Of a stretch of 40,103 nt of DNA, positions 23,933 to 32,199 are shown one piece after another. The notes below the pieces were generated by a model. It ran no database searches. It was given only the letters and a program-made list of their open reading frames with translations, and was not told the origin of the DNA. Position numbers and translations under genes: made by a program. Source of the stretch: Microbacteriaceae bacterium (GTDB lineage Bacteria > Actinomycetota > Actinomycetes > Actinomycetales > Microbacteriaceae); the NCBI GenBank assembly GCA_017744755.1, contig JAGIAU010000001.1, forward strand, positions 1 through 40,103, in the 5' to 3' direction. Numbering within the stretch: position 1 is the first letter of the stretch; each line of letters opens with the position of its first letter.

Positions 23933-24520
23933 TCAGGCGACGGGGAAGGTCACGGTCCCGCTCGGGGTGACCGCCCCGTCGACGGGCTCGTCCTGCGGCT
24001 CGACGGGGACCGCGTCGACGATCTCCGAATCGAACAGGACAGCATAGACCGGGGGACACCCCTCGATCGAACCGAGCGTGCGGTCGTAGTAGCCGCGGCC
24101 CCAGCCCATCCGCATGCCCTTCGCGTCGACCGCGGCCGCCGGGACGATGATGAGGTCGACGTCGTTGATGGCGAGCGGCGACAGCAGCTCCGTCGTCGGC
24201 TGCGGCATGCCGAGCAGGTCGAGGTCCTCGTCCGCGCCGTCGTACGGCGCCCAGTCGAGCAGGCCGTCGGGCCGCGAGATGGGCAGCAGGACGCGAACGC
24301 CCTCCTGCAGCGCCCAGTCCAGGAACGGGCGGGTGGACGGCTCCTGCGGCGTCGGGAGGTAGGCGGCGACGTACGTCGCGCCGAGGCCCTCCGCGAGCCG
24401 GACGAGGTGCTCGCCAATCGCCGCGTTGGCGCGTTCCCGCTGACTGCTCGGCATGTTCCGTCGTCGCTCGCGGATCTCCGCGCGCAGCGCCCGCTTCTGT
24501 GCAGCGGGGTCCGACGCCAT
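23933..24520 (-). CDS. 5-formyltetrahydrofolate cyclo-ligase
   Basis: KRALRAEIRERRR..., LDLIIVPAAAVDAKGMRMGWGRGYYDR is the family signature. It is divergent from galU, a gene pairing I recall as common in actinobacteria. Confidence 0.85.
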   Translation of the reverse strand: MASDPAAQKRALRAEIRERRRNMPSSQRERANAAIGEHLVRLAEGLGATYVAAYLPTPQEPSTRPFLDWALQEGVRVLLPISRPDGLLDWAPYDGADEDLDLLGMPQPTTELLSPLAINDVDLIIVPAAAVDAKGMRMGWGRGYYDRTLGSIEGCPPVYAVLFDSEIVDAVPVEPQDEPVDGAVTPSGTVTFPVA

Positions 24521-24527
24521 GCCGACC

Positions 24528-24558
24528 AGTGTAGGGGTGCAGATGCACGCGCTAGCCT
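24528..24558. promoter_or_regulatory. Back-to-back -10-like hexamers in a 38-44 nt divergent spacer
   Basis: TACACT (minus strand, 24528-24533) lies 7 nt from ATG 24520. TAGCCT (plus strand, 24553-24558) lies 6 nt from ATG 24565. The small palindrome gtgca-ga-tgcac (24537-24548) sits between them. Confidence 0.45.
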
Positions 24559-24564
24559 GTGGCC

Positions 24565-25455
24565 ATGGTGCGACCCGTGACGAAAGCCGTGATCCCCGCA
24601 GCAGGCCTTGGCACTCGCTTCCTCCCCGCCACCAAAGCGATGCCGAAGGAGATGCTCCCGGTGGTGGACAAGCCCGCGATCCAGTACGTCGTGGAGGAAG
24701 CGGTCGCAGCCGGCCTCGTCGACGTCCTCATGGTCACGGGGCGGAACAAGAACGCGCTCGAGAACCACTTCGACCGCGCCTGGGAGCTCGAGCGGACGCT
24801 CGAGGTGAAGGGCGACACCGGCAGGCTCGAGCAGGTCATGGCCGCCACGGCGCTCGCCGATGTGCACTATCTGCGCCAGGGCGACCCGCGCGGCCTCGGG
24901 CACGCGGTGCTCAAGGCGAAGCAGCATGTCGGCGACGAGCCGTTCGCGGTGCTGCTCGGCGACGACATCATCGACGAGCAGGACACCCTCCTGAGGGACA
25001 TGATCGCCGTGCACGGCGAGCGGGACGCCTCGATCATCGCCCTGATGGAGGTCGAGCCGGAGGATGCGCGGAAGTTCGGCATCGCGACCGTCGAGGCGCT
25101 GCCCGGCGTCGAGGACGTCGTGCGCGTCACCGACCTGGTCGAGAAGCCGGCGCCCGGCACCGAGCCGTCGCGGCTCGCGGTCATCGGCCGCTACGTGCTG
25201 AAGCCGGAGATCTTCGAGGTGCTCGAGCGCACCGAGCCGGGCAAGGGCAACGAGATCCAGCTCACCGACGCGCTCCTCGAGCTCGCCCGCAACGGCCTCG
25301 CCGGCGGCGTCTACGGCGTCGTGTTCCGCGGCCGCCGCTTCGACACCGGCGACCGCCTCGACTACATCAAGGCGATCGTGCAGCTCGCCAGCGAGCGCGA
25401 CGACCTCGGCGCGCCGCTGCGCGAGTGGCTGAAGGACTTCACGGCGAGCTACTGA
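24565..25455 (+). CDS. galU: UTP--glucose-1-phosphate uridylyltransferase
   Basis: KAVIPAAGLGTRFLPATKAMPKEMLPVVDKPAIQYVVEE is the GalU signature. GTG 24559 (ORF-track start) is an in-frame alternative. Confidence 0.9.
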   Translation: MVRPVTKAVIPAAGLGTRFLPATKAMPKEMLPVVDKPAIQYVVEEAVAAGLVDVLMVTGRNKNALENHFDRAWELERTLEVKGDTGRLEQVMAATALADVHYLRQGDPRGLGHAVLKAKQHVGDEPFAVLLGDDIIDEQDTLLRDMIAVHGERDASIIALMEVEPEDARKFGIATVEALPGVEDVVRVTDLVEKPAPGTEPSRLAVIGRYVLKPEIFEVLERTEPGKGNEIQLTDALLELARNGLAGGVYGVVFRGRRFDTGDRLDYIKAIVQLASERDDLGAPLREWLKDFTASY

Positions 25456-26108
25456 TGCGCATCCCCATGCCGACGCTCAGCGATGGCGCGGTCACGCTCC
25501 GCCCCATCGCCGTGCGCGACGCCAAGGCGCTCGAGCGCGAACTCGCGGGCAACCGCGCCTGGCTGCGGCGCTGGGAGGCGACGAATCCCGACGGCTACGG
25601 CCCGTTCGACACGAAGGCGGGGATCCGGGCGCTGCTGGACCAGTCCCGGGACGGGCACGGCGCGCCCTTCGCCCTCGAGGTGGGCGGCGAGTTCGCGGGC
25701 CAGCTGAACGTCTCGCAGATGTTCTTCGGCTCGCTCTCCTCCTGCGCGATCGGCTACTGGATCGCGCAGCGCTTCGCCGGCCGCGGCGCCATGCCGACGG
25801 CCGTCGCGCTCGCGACGGACTACTGCTTCCTGCGGCTCGGGCTGCACCGCGTCGAGATCTGCATCCGGCCGGAGAACGCGCCCAGCCTGCGAGTCGTCGA
25901 GAAGCTCGGCTTCCGCTACGAGGGGCTGCGGCGCAAGTACATCCACATCGACGGCGGGTGGCGCGACCACTTCGCGTTCGCGCTGACGATCGAGGACGCG
26001 CCGCTCGGCGTGCTGCGACGCTGGCAGGGCGGCGCAGCCGACCCGTCCTGGGCGCAGGTGCCGGAGGCGGACCGGATCGCCGCGGGCGTGGCGCCCACGC
26101 AACCCTGA
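25455..26108 (+). CDS. GNAT N-acetyltransferase, RimJ/RimL-like
   Basis: VTLRPI..RDA..L, IGYW...GRG and LHRVEICIRPEN..S..V.EKLGFRYEG match the Acetyltransf_3 pattern. ATG overlaps the galU stop by 1 nt. Confidence 0.85.
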   Translation: MRIPMPTLSDGAVTLRPIAVRDAKALERELAGNRAWLRRWEATNPDGYGPFDTKAGIRALLDQSRDGHGAPFALEVGGEFAGQLNVSQMFFGSLSSCAIGYWIAQRFAGRGAMPTAVALATDYCFLRLGLHRVEICIRPENAPSLRVVEKLGFRYEGLRRKYIHIDGGWRDHFAFALTIEDAPLGVLRRWQGGAADPSWAQVPEADRIAAGVAPTQP

Positions 26109-26118
26109 AGTTCCGCTT

Positions 26119-26124
26119 TACGGT
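26119..26124 (+). promoter_or_regulatory. -10-like hexamer TACGGT, 7 nt upstream of ATG 26132
   Basis: Matches TAnnnT at leaderless spacing. Confidence 0.4.
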
Positions 26125-26131
26125 TGGCGCC

Positions 26132-27004
26132 ATGGAATCGGTGCTCGGCGGCGGCGTGCTGCTCGCGGTCGCGGCCGCGCTGTGGCTCGTCTACCTCGTG
26201 CCGAACTGGCTGCGCCGCAGCGAGTACCTCGCGACCGAGCGGAACGCCGTCCGGCTCCAGCAGACCATCCGCGTCCTCGCCGAGACCGCGGAGACCCCGG
26301 AGGCCGTCCGCCTCGAGAGCCTCGCGAAGGCCCGCGCCTACGAGGCGCAGCTCCGCCGTCGGCAGGCGCCCGCGGCGTCCCCGGTCGCCGTCGGCACGCC
26401 CGTGCGCCTTGCCGACCCGAACGACCCGCGCACGCTCGCCGCCACGCGCATGCGCCGCACCCGGATCGTGACGACCGTCGTCATCGCGCTCGCCGCCCTC
26501 GTCCTGCTCTCGCAGCTCGTCGTCGCGCTCGTCGGCGGCATCGCCGCCGCCTCGGGCGCCGTCGCCCTCGCCGCCGGCGCCGTGGTCGGCGCCGGTCTCT
26601 GGCTGCAGGGCCGTCTTGCGGCGGCGCAGCGCGCCCGCTCCCGCGCGGTGGCCCGCTCAGCGGTCGTGGAGGGCGCGCCGCGTCCGTCCCGGGACCCCCG
26701 CGCGGCCGTTGCCCTCCCCGCGCTCGCCGAGCCGGTCGATCCCCGCGCCTGGACCCCCCTGCCGCTCCCGCAGCCGATCCATCAGGTCCGCCGCGAGGCC
26801 GCGCTCCGCGTCGCCGCGGAGGCGGACAAGGCCGCCCGCGCCCGCGAGGCGGAGGAGCGGATCGTCGCCGCCCGGGCGGCGGCCGCCACGGCGCCTGTCG
26901 CCCCGGCCGCGCCCAGCCGCTTCGCCGCGATGGGCGTTCTGGAGGACCTCGCCCCTGCCGCGATCGACCTCGACGGCGCGCTCGCCCGCCGCCGCGCCTC
27001 CTGA
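26132..27004 (+). CDS. Hypothetical membrane protein (Ala/Arg-rich)
   Basis: N-terminal TM span, a second hydrophobic block near the middle, and high GC3. No family recognised. Confidence 0.6.
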   Translation: MESVLGGGVLLAVAAALWLVYLVPNWLRRSEYLATERNAVRLQQTIRVLAETAETPEAVRLESLAKARAYEAQLRRRQAPAASPVAVGTPVRLADPNDPRTLAATRMRRTRIVTTVVIALAALVLLSQLVVALVGGIAAASGAVALAAGAVVGAGLWLQGRLAAAQRARSRAVARSAVVEGAPRPSRDPRAAVALPALAEPVDPRAWTPLPLPQPIHQVRREAALRVAAEADKAARAREAEERIVAARAAAATAPVAPAAPSRFAAMGVLEDLAPAAIDLDGALARRRAS

Positions 27005-27062
27005 GCGCGGCCTGTCGGAACCCTCGCGCCGAGCCTGGTCGAGACCACCCCGCCGCCCCGTG

Positions 27063-27068
27063 TAGACT
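27063..27068 (+). promoter_or_regulatory. -10-like hexamer TAGACT upstream of tRNA-Ala
   Basis: Ends 13 nt before the first tRNA nucleotide. Confidence 0.45.
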
Positions 27069-27081
27069 GGTCGGGCTTTAC

Positions 27082-27154
27082 GGGCCCTTGGCGCAGTTGG
27101 TAGCGCGCTTCGTTCGCATCGAAGAGGTCAGGAGTTCGAATCTCCTAGGGTCCA
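27082..27154 (+). tRNA. tRNA-Ala (anticodon CGC)
   Basis: Hand-folded cloverleaf: acceptor GGGCCCT/AGGGTCC with G3:U70, D arm GCGC-AGTTGGTA-GCGC, anticodon arm CTTCG-TTCGCAT-CGAAG and T arm AGGAG-TTCGAAT-CTCCT. Discriminator is A. CCA is not fully encoded. Confidence 0.9.
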
Positions 27155-27160
27155 CCGTCT

Positions 27161-27191
27161 CAGAAGCCCTGGCCGTGCGCCGGGGCTTCTG
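27161..27191 (+). terminator. Hairpin downstream of tRNA-Ala
   Basis: 13-bp stem cagaagccctggc / gccggggcttctg (one G-U), loop cgtgc, followed by catttcc. Confidence 0.5.
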
Positions 27192-27331
27192 CATTTCCCC
27201 CAGGCGGGACGGGCCAGGTGGCACGCCCGCCTCGATCGACCGGGCGGTCGCCCCGCCTTCCTCGCCCGGAGGAGCGCATCCCGGGGCGATGCGCCGTCGC
27301 GTAAGCGGGATGGCGCGGGCGGATCCGGAAG

Positions 27332-27344
27332 TATAGCGGCGCTA
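27332..27344. promoter_or_regulatory. Candidate TetR operator half-conserved copy (TATAGCGgCGCTA)
   Basis: Same core as 28091-28105. It lies 24 nt upstream of the tetR start and is followed by CAGAAT (27356-27361), 6 nt from ATG 27368. Confidence 0.4.
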
Positions 27345-27367
27345 CTGCTTCGGCGCAGAATGGTGGC

Positions 27368-28078
27368 ATGACCGTGCTCGATGCGAACGCCCCCGTCCGC
27401 GACCGTCTGCTCCTCGCCGCGGCTCGCCTGCTGGAGGAGGCCGTCGACGGGGAGGTGTCGACGCGCGCGATCTGCGAGGCCGCGGGCGTGCAGGCGCCCG
27501 CGCTCTACCATCACTTCGGCAGCAAGCAGGGACTGCTCGACGAGGTGGTGAGCCACGGCTTCCGCCGCTTCCTCGCCGCACGCGGCGGCATCGAGGCGGG
27601 GGCGGGCGATCCGGTGGACGCGGTGCGCGAGGCGTGGGACACGCATGTGCGGTTCGGGGTGGAGCATCCGCGCTTCTACGGCTACATCTACGCGCCGGTC
27701 GGGCGCGAGGCGCCGTGCCGGGTGGTCGGCGAGGTGGAGGCGCTCATCCTCTCGACGCTCGAGCCGGCCGCGCTGCAGGGGCGGCTGACGCTGCCGGCGG
27801 CGGATGCCGCCCGGCAGATCCTCGCGGCGAGCAGCGGGGTCGTGCTCGCGCTGATCGCGAACGCGGGGGCGGCGGTGGACTGGGAGCTGTCGCGGCGCAC
27901 GCGGGACGCGATCCTCGCCGCGGTCACCCGCTCGGATGCGGCGCTCCCGTCTGCCTCGACGGCGGCTTCGGCGGCGGTGGCGCTCGGCGCGGCGCTCGAT
28001 GCGCAGGGCTCGCCGCTGGCACCGGCCGAGACGGCGCTGCTGCGCGCCTGGCTCGACCGGATCGCTCGCGCCTCCTGA
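27368..28078 (+). CDS. TetR/AcrR-family transcriptional regulator
   Basis: N-terminal HTH STRAICEAAGVQAPALYHHFGSKQGLL. 236 aa. Confidence 0.85.
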   Translation: MTVLDANAPVRDRLLLAAARLLEEAVDGEVSTRAICEAAGVQAPALYHHFGSKQGLLDEVVSHGFRRFLAARGGIEAGAGDPVDAVREAWDTHVRFGVEHPRFYGYIYAPVGREAPCRVVGEVEALILSTLEPAALQGRLTLPAADAARQILAASSGVVLALIANAGAAVDWELSRRTRDAILAAVTRSDAALPSASTAASAAVALGAALDAQGSPLAPAETALLRAWLDRIARAS

Positions 28079-28090
28079 TACATCACTTTC

Positions 28091-28107
28091 TATAGCGTCG
28101 CTATACT
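28091..28107 (+). promoter_or_regulatory. Candidate TetR operator overlapping the MFS gene -10
   Basis: Perfect 7+1+7 palindrome TATAGCGtCGCTATA (28091-28105). It overlaps TATACT (28102-28107), 6 nt upstream of GTG 28114. Confidence 0.55.
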
Positions 28108-28113
28108 GGATGG

Positions 28114-29544
28114 GTGAACGCACGCACCGCGCCCCTCCCCGCCGCCGCCCACGACGAGCTGCGCGGCCGCGCCGGCGGGCTGCTCGCCGTGCTGTGCGCC
28201 GCGTTCTTCCTCGACGCGCTCGACACCTCGATGCTCAATGTTGCGATCCCGGAGATCGGCGGCGCGCTCGGCATGACGACGACCCTTCCGTGGGTCGTCG
28301 CCGGCTACGTCCTCGGCTTCGGCGGCTTCCTGCTGTTCGGCGGGCGAGCGGCGGACCTGCTCGGCCGGCGGCGCGTGTTCCTCATCGCGCTCGCGGTGTT
28401 CGTCGTGATGTCCGCGCTCGGCGGCATCGCCTGGAACGGCGAGGTGCTCATCGCGACCCGGTTCCTGAAGGGCGTCGCCGCCGCCTTCACCGCGCCGGCG
28501 GCCCTCTCGCTCGTGACCACGAGCTTCGCCGAGGGGCCGGTCCGCACCCGCGCGCTCTCGTTCTACACGGCGACGGGCTCGGCGGGGTTCACCTTCGGGC
28601 TGATCCTCGGCGGCCTGCTCACCGAGTGGGACTGGCGGGCCGTGTTCTTCATGCCGGCGATCGTCGGCGCGGCGACGTTCGCCCTCGGGCTCTGGCTCAT
28701 TCCGGTCCGGCCGGCCGCACCCGCCCGCGGGCGGCTCGACGTCCCCGGCGCCGTCGCGATCACGGCGGGGATGATGGCCCTCGTCTACGCGCTCACGATG
28801 GGGCCGGAGCGAGGCTGGCTCGCCCCGGACGTGCTCGTCGCGGCCGTGCTCGGTGTGCTCCTCCTCCTCGCCTTCGCGCTCATCGAGCGCCGGCAGGGCT
28901 CGCCGCTGCTCCCCGCCGGGCTGCTGCGCTCGTGGCCGCGCGTCCGCGCGAACCTCTCGGCCTTCGTGCTCGTCGGCGGGTGGGGTGCGACGCAGTTCCT
29001 GCTCACGCTGCATCTGCAGGGCGTGCTCGGCTGGTCGCCCCTGCTCACCGCCGCGGCGTTCTGGCCCTGCGGCATCCTGGGTCTGTTCATCGCGCCCGTG
29101 ATCTCGAGGCTCGTGGCGCGGATCACGCTCCTCGGCGTGCTCGCGCTCGGCCAGCTGCTCGCCGTCGCCTCGTACGCGATCCTGCAGTTCGTGGAGCTCG
29201 ACTCGCCCTACTGGGGCGCGCTGTTCCCGGTGTTCGCGCTCATCGGCGTCTCGTTCACCCTGGTGTTCAGCGCGGCGAGCGTCGGCGCCACGAGCGGCGT
29301 CGCGGCGGACGAGCAGGGCTCGGCGAGCGGCGTGCTGCAGACCGCCGCCCAGTTCGGGACGGCGGTGCTGCTCGCCGTCACGACCGCCGTCTACCGGGCG
29401 AGCCTGCCCGCCGAGCCCACGCCGCAGCAGTCCCTCGACGCCGCGCAGGCCGGATGGCTGGTGCCGCTCCTCGCCTCCGTCGTCGCCCTCGTGCTCGCCG
29501 TCCTCGGCATCCGCCGCACCGCCCCACGAAAGGAACAGCCATGA
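28114..29544 (+). CDS. MFS transporter, DHA2 (EmrB/QacA-like, 14-TMS) family
   Basis: LDTSMLNVAIPEI, GGRAADLLGRRRVF and 14 hydrophobic spans by eye. Sits next to tetR. Confidence 0.85.
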   Translation: MNARTAPLPAAAHDELRGRAGGLLAVLCAAFFLDALDTSMLNVAIPEIGGALGMTTTLPWVVAGYVLGFGGFLLFGGRAADLLGRRRVFLIALAVFVVMSALGGIAWNGEVLIATRFLKGVAAAFTAPAALSLVTTSFAEGPVRTRALSFYTATGSAGFTFGLILGGLLTEWDWRAVFFMPAIVGAATFALGLWLIPVRPAAPARGRLDVPGAVAITAGMMALVYALTMGPERGWLAPDVLVAAVLGVLLLLAFALIERRQGSPLLPAGLLRSWPRVRANLSAFVLVGGWGATQFLLTLHLQGVLGWSPLLTAAAFWPCGILGLFIAPVISRLVARITLLGVLALGQLLAVASYAILQFVELDSPYWGALFPVFALIGVSFTLVFSAASVGATSGVAADEQGSASGVLQTAAQFGTAVLLAVTTAVYRASLPAEPTPQQSLDAAQAGWLVPLLASVVALVLAVLGIRRTAPRKEQP

Positions 29545-29888
29545 CCGCCTACGACCCCCAGGCCCTCCCGCCCGTGATCGTCGCCTACCTCCTCGCGCAT
29601 CAGCAGGAGCACGACGTCGAGACCGCCGTCGCCGCCTTCGCCCCCGCCGCTGTCGTCACCGACGTCGACACGACGCACGTCGGGACCGCGGGGATCCGCG
29701 ACTGGATCGAGCAGGCCGCGAGCGAATACGCCTACACCGTCGCGTTCACCGAGCAGTCGCAGGACGCCGAGGGACGCTGGGTCGTCCTCAACCACCTCGA
29801 GGGCGACTTCCCCGGCGGAGTCGTCGATCTGCGCTTCCGGTTCACGATCGTCGACGGGCTGATCGCGCGGCTCGACATCCAGCCCTGA
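29541..29888 (+). CDS. NTF2/SnoaL-like small protein
   Basis: ATG overlaps the MFS stop (ATGA). 115 aa with an alpha+beta pattern ...GIRDWIEQ...RWVVLNHLEGDFPGG..DLRFRFTI.DGLIARLDI. Confidence 0.55.
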   Translation: MTAYDPQALPPVIVAYLLAHQQEHDVETAVAAFAPAAVVTDVDTTHVGTAGIRDWIEQAASEYAYTVAFTEQSQDAEGRWVVLNHLEGDFPGGVVDLRFRFTIVDGLIARLDIQP

Positions 29889-29890
29889 TC

Positions 29891-30706
29891 TCAGGCCGTC
29901 TCGGCCTTCCGTCCCGCGCCGTCGACGGTCTGCAGCACCCAGAACGTGAAGAAGAGACCGAGCTCGGTCAGCTCCGCGCCCAGGATGGGGATGCTCTCCC
30001 CGGTCTCGGCCGACACGATCCCGATGACGAGGACCGCGACGACCGCGCCGACCATGCCCAGCGCGACGAGCACGTAGACGATCCGGGCGGCGCGCGCGAC
30101 GGGCGGCGTCCGCTGCACGGCGTTGACGACGGCGAGCGCGGCGAACACGCCGAAGAAGGCGAGCGCGGCGAGGCCGTGGCCCCAGAACACGAGCCAGTCG
30201 TGGGCCAGGAGGTCGACGGCGGCGACGGCGGCGATGACGAGAGCGGCGACGACGAGCGTCGCGCCCGACGTGCGGTCCGCGGCCGGCCGGCGCAGCCGGA
30301 GGACGAGGGCCGTGACCCAGCCTGCGGCGGCGACGATCAGGTAGGTGCCGATCCCGACGGTCACCTCGGTCTCGAACGGCTCGGGCACGCACAGCCGGGC
30401 CCCGCCGGGACAGACGAACTCCAGCCCCGGCACCGACCCGGAGCTCGTCGTCGTCGGGATCAGCGCGACGAGGGGTGCGAAGAGCGCGCCGATCGCCCGG
30501 AGCGTCCGCTGCGGCCCCGGCTCGGACAGCACGAGCATGCCGAGCGAGCAGGCGATGAGCGACGCGACGAAGATGTTCCGCGCGTCGGTGTAGTAGTAGG
30601 CGCTGATCGAGTTGAGCAGTCCGATGCGCGTCGACTCGATCGCGACCCCGGCGACGAGCGCGACGACCGTGGCGGCGATCGCGATCCGCAGGTAGCGATA
30701 GGTCAC
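29891..30706 (-). CDS. Polytopic membrane protein, hypothetical
   Basis: C-terminal part of the 588-aa track ORF. Hydrophobic spans throughout. GTG 30706 (or 30715) is the likely start. Confidence 0.55.
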   Translation of the reverse strand: MTYRYLRIAIAATVVALVAGVAIESTRIGLLNSISAYYYTDARNIFVASLIACSLGMLVLSEPGPQRTLRAIGALFAPLVALIPTTTSSGSVPGLEFVCPGGARLCVPEPFETEVTVGIGTYLIVAAAGWVTALVLRLRRPAADRTSGATLVVAALVIAAVAAVDLLAHDWLVFWGHGLAALAFFGVFAALAVVNAVQRTPPVARAARIVYVLVALGMVGAVVAVLVIGIVSAETGESIPILGAELTELGLFFTFWVLQTVDGAGRKAETA

Positions 30707-30767
30707 GGCTCCCACGATAGGACCGTGCAGGGCCGGCGTGGGCGCCCCGCTCGGCCCGCGATCCGGC

Positions 30768-31657
30768 CTAGGCGAGGCGCCTCGCGATCTCGCGCCGCGT
30801 GGTCCGGCCCTCCGGGGTCGGCAGGAGCATCCAGTCATGGACCATGCCGTCGCCGACATGCAGCGCGATCGTCGTCCCGTCGGCCGATGCGCCCCGCCCG
30901 GCGAACGTCGCGGCGTCCGGATGGAGGATGTCGCGGGTGCCGGCGAAGACGTGCAGCTCGCCGAGCCCGTCGAGCGGCCCGCGCAGCGGGCTGACGAACG
31001 GGTCGTCCGTCGAGCGGTCGCCGGCCCAGAGCGCGGCGAGCTCGCGGATGTGGTCGGCGCGCAGGAGCGGATCGCGCGGCGCGATCTCGGCGATGCCCGG
31101 ATCGGTGAACGCGAGATCGAGGGCGGGCGAGAGCAGCACGATGCGCTCCGGTACGGGGCGGCCCGAGCGGACGAGCTCCTGCGCGCGGCGAGCAGTGCGA
31201 TCGTCGCGCCGGCCGAGTCGCCTGCGAGCGCGACCGGCCGTTCCTCGGCCAGCCGGGCGACCAGTCGGGCGACCACGGGCACGACGTCGTCGCGCGTCGC
31301 CCGCGGGACGAGCGGGTAGAGCGGGAGGAGCACCTCGCGCCCGGTCGCGCCGGCGAGCTCGGCGGCCAGCCGCCAGTGCCCCGACTGGATCTCGGCCGCC
31401 CAGGCGCCGCCGTGGACGTAGACGAGGGTCCGTCGTCCGGCGTCGGGGTGCGAGGACGGCGTCAGCCGGAACGTCCGCCATCCCTCGAAGCCGGCCTCCT
31501 CGACGACGACGCCCCGCAGCCCGCGCGGCGGTCGCGGGGGGCGGGCCGATGCGCGCGGGGGGCCGGCGAAGCGGTCCGGATCGAACTGCCAGGCCCGCAC
31601 CCGGGCCGCGCGCAGCAGGCCGATGAGGAGGCGGTTCGAAAGGCTCGTCCTGGACAT
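30768..31657 (-). pseudogene. Alpha/beta hydrolase fold-3 esterase/lipase, frameshifted
   Basis: The N-terminal half, with HGGAW and GDSAG motifs, is in one frame (31657 down to ~31184). The C-terminal half, ...RIVLLSPALDL...DDPFVSPL...DILHPD...HDW, is in another frame (31181 down to 30768). The switch falls in the run gcgcgcggcg at 31181-31190. Confidence 0.7.
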
Positions 31658-31696
31658 GCGTTCGCTCCGTTCGAGTGGTGGATCGATGCGGGAGCG

Positions 31697-31728
31697 AGGC
31701 TAAACTCTGACATCAATGTCAAGGTCAA
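31697..31728 (-). promoter_or_regulatory. MerR-type promoter/operator facing the esterase gene
   Basis: On the minus strand, TTGACC (31723-31728) is followed by a 20-nt spacer containing the dyad TGACAT-ca-ATGTCA (31708-31721), then TAGCCT (31697-31702). Confidence 0.5.
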
Positions 31729-31756
31729 GCCGGAACGATCGGCGGGAGGACGGAGC

Positions 31757-32152
31757 ATGCGCATCGGCGAGCTGAGCGAGATCACCGGCGCGAGCCCGCG
31801 CTCGCTGCGCTACTACGAGTCGCTCGGTCTCATCTCCTCCGAGCGGCAGGCGAACGGCTACCGCGACTACGACGCCGATGCGGCCGCCGCGGTCGCCACG
31901 ATCCGGTCGCTCCTCGACCTCGGCTTCCCCACCGCGCTGATCGAGCACATCCTCCCCTGCACGGGCGACGTGCCGGTCATGGGCGACTGCGGGACGCTCA
32001 TGCGCGAGGTCGCGCGCATCCGCGACGAGATCGACGAGAAGGTCGAGCGCCTCGCCTCCACGCGCGACGCGCTCAGCCGGTTCCTCGCGAGCGCGAGCAC
32101 GGGTGCGGTCGCGGGCGGCAGAGCGAGCGCTCCCGACGCGCCCGCGGTGTAG
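31757..32152 (+). CDS. MerR-family transcriptional regulator
   Basis: MRIGELSEITGASPRSLRYYESLGLISSERQANGYRDY is the MerR HTH signature. GGGAGGA Shine-Dalgarno. Confidence 0.85.
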   Translation: MRIGELSEITGASPRSLRYYESLGLISSERQANGYRDYDADAAAAVATIRSLLDLGFPTALIEHILPCTGDVPVMGDCGTLMREVARIRDEIDEKVERLASTRDALSRFLASASTGAVAGGRASAPDAPAV

Positions 32153-32187
32153 AGCCTCGCGTGCGCAGGAGCGCGTTCGCCATCCCC

Positions 32188-32193
32188 TAACCT
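32188..32193 (+). promoter_or_regulatory. -10-like hexamer TAACCT, 6 nt upstream of GTG 32200
   Basis: Matches TAnnnT at leaderless spacing. Confidence 0.4.
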
Positions 32194-32199
32194 CGTCGC

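Noticed and set aside
27082-27367. tRNA-Ala as an integration site for a genomic island
   Set aside because: I found no direct repeat of the tRNA 3' end downstream and no integrase or other mobility gene nearby. The following TetR-MFS genes look like ordinary chromosomal accessory genes.
29891-31657. 588-aa ORF taken as a single gene
   Set aside because: It is a chance in-frame fusion. The N-terminal ~155 aa are the first half of the frameshifted esterase, the middle is Ser/Arg/Pro-rich nonsense, and the last ~271 aa are a separate membrane protein.
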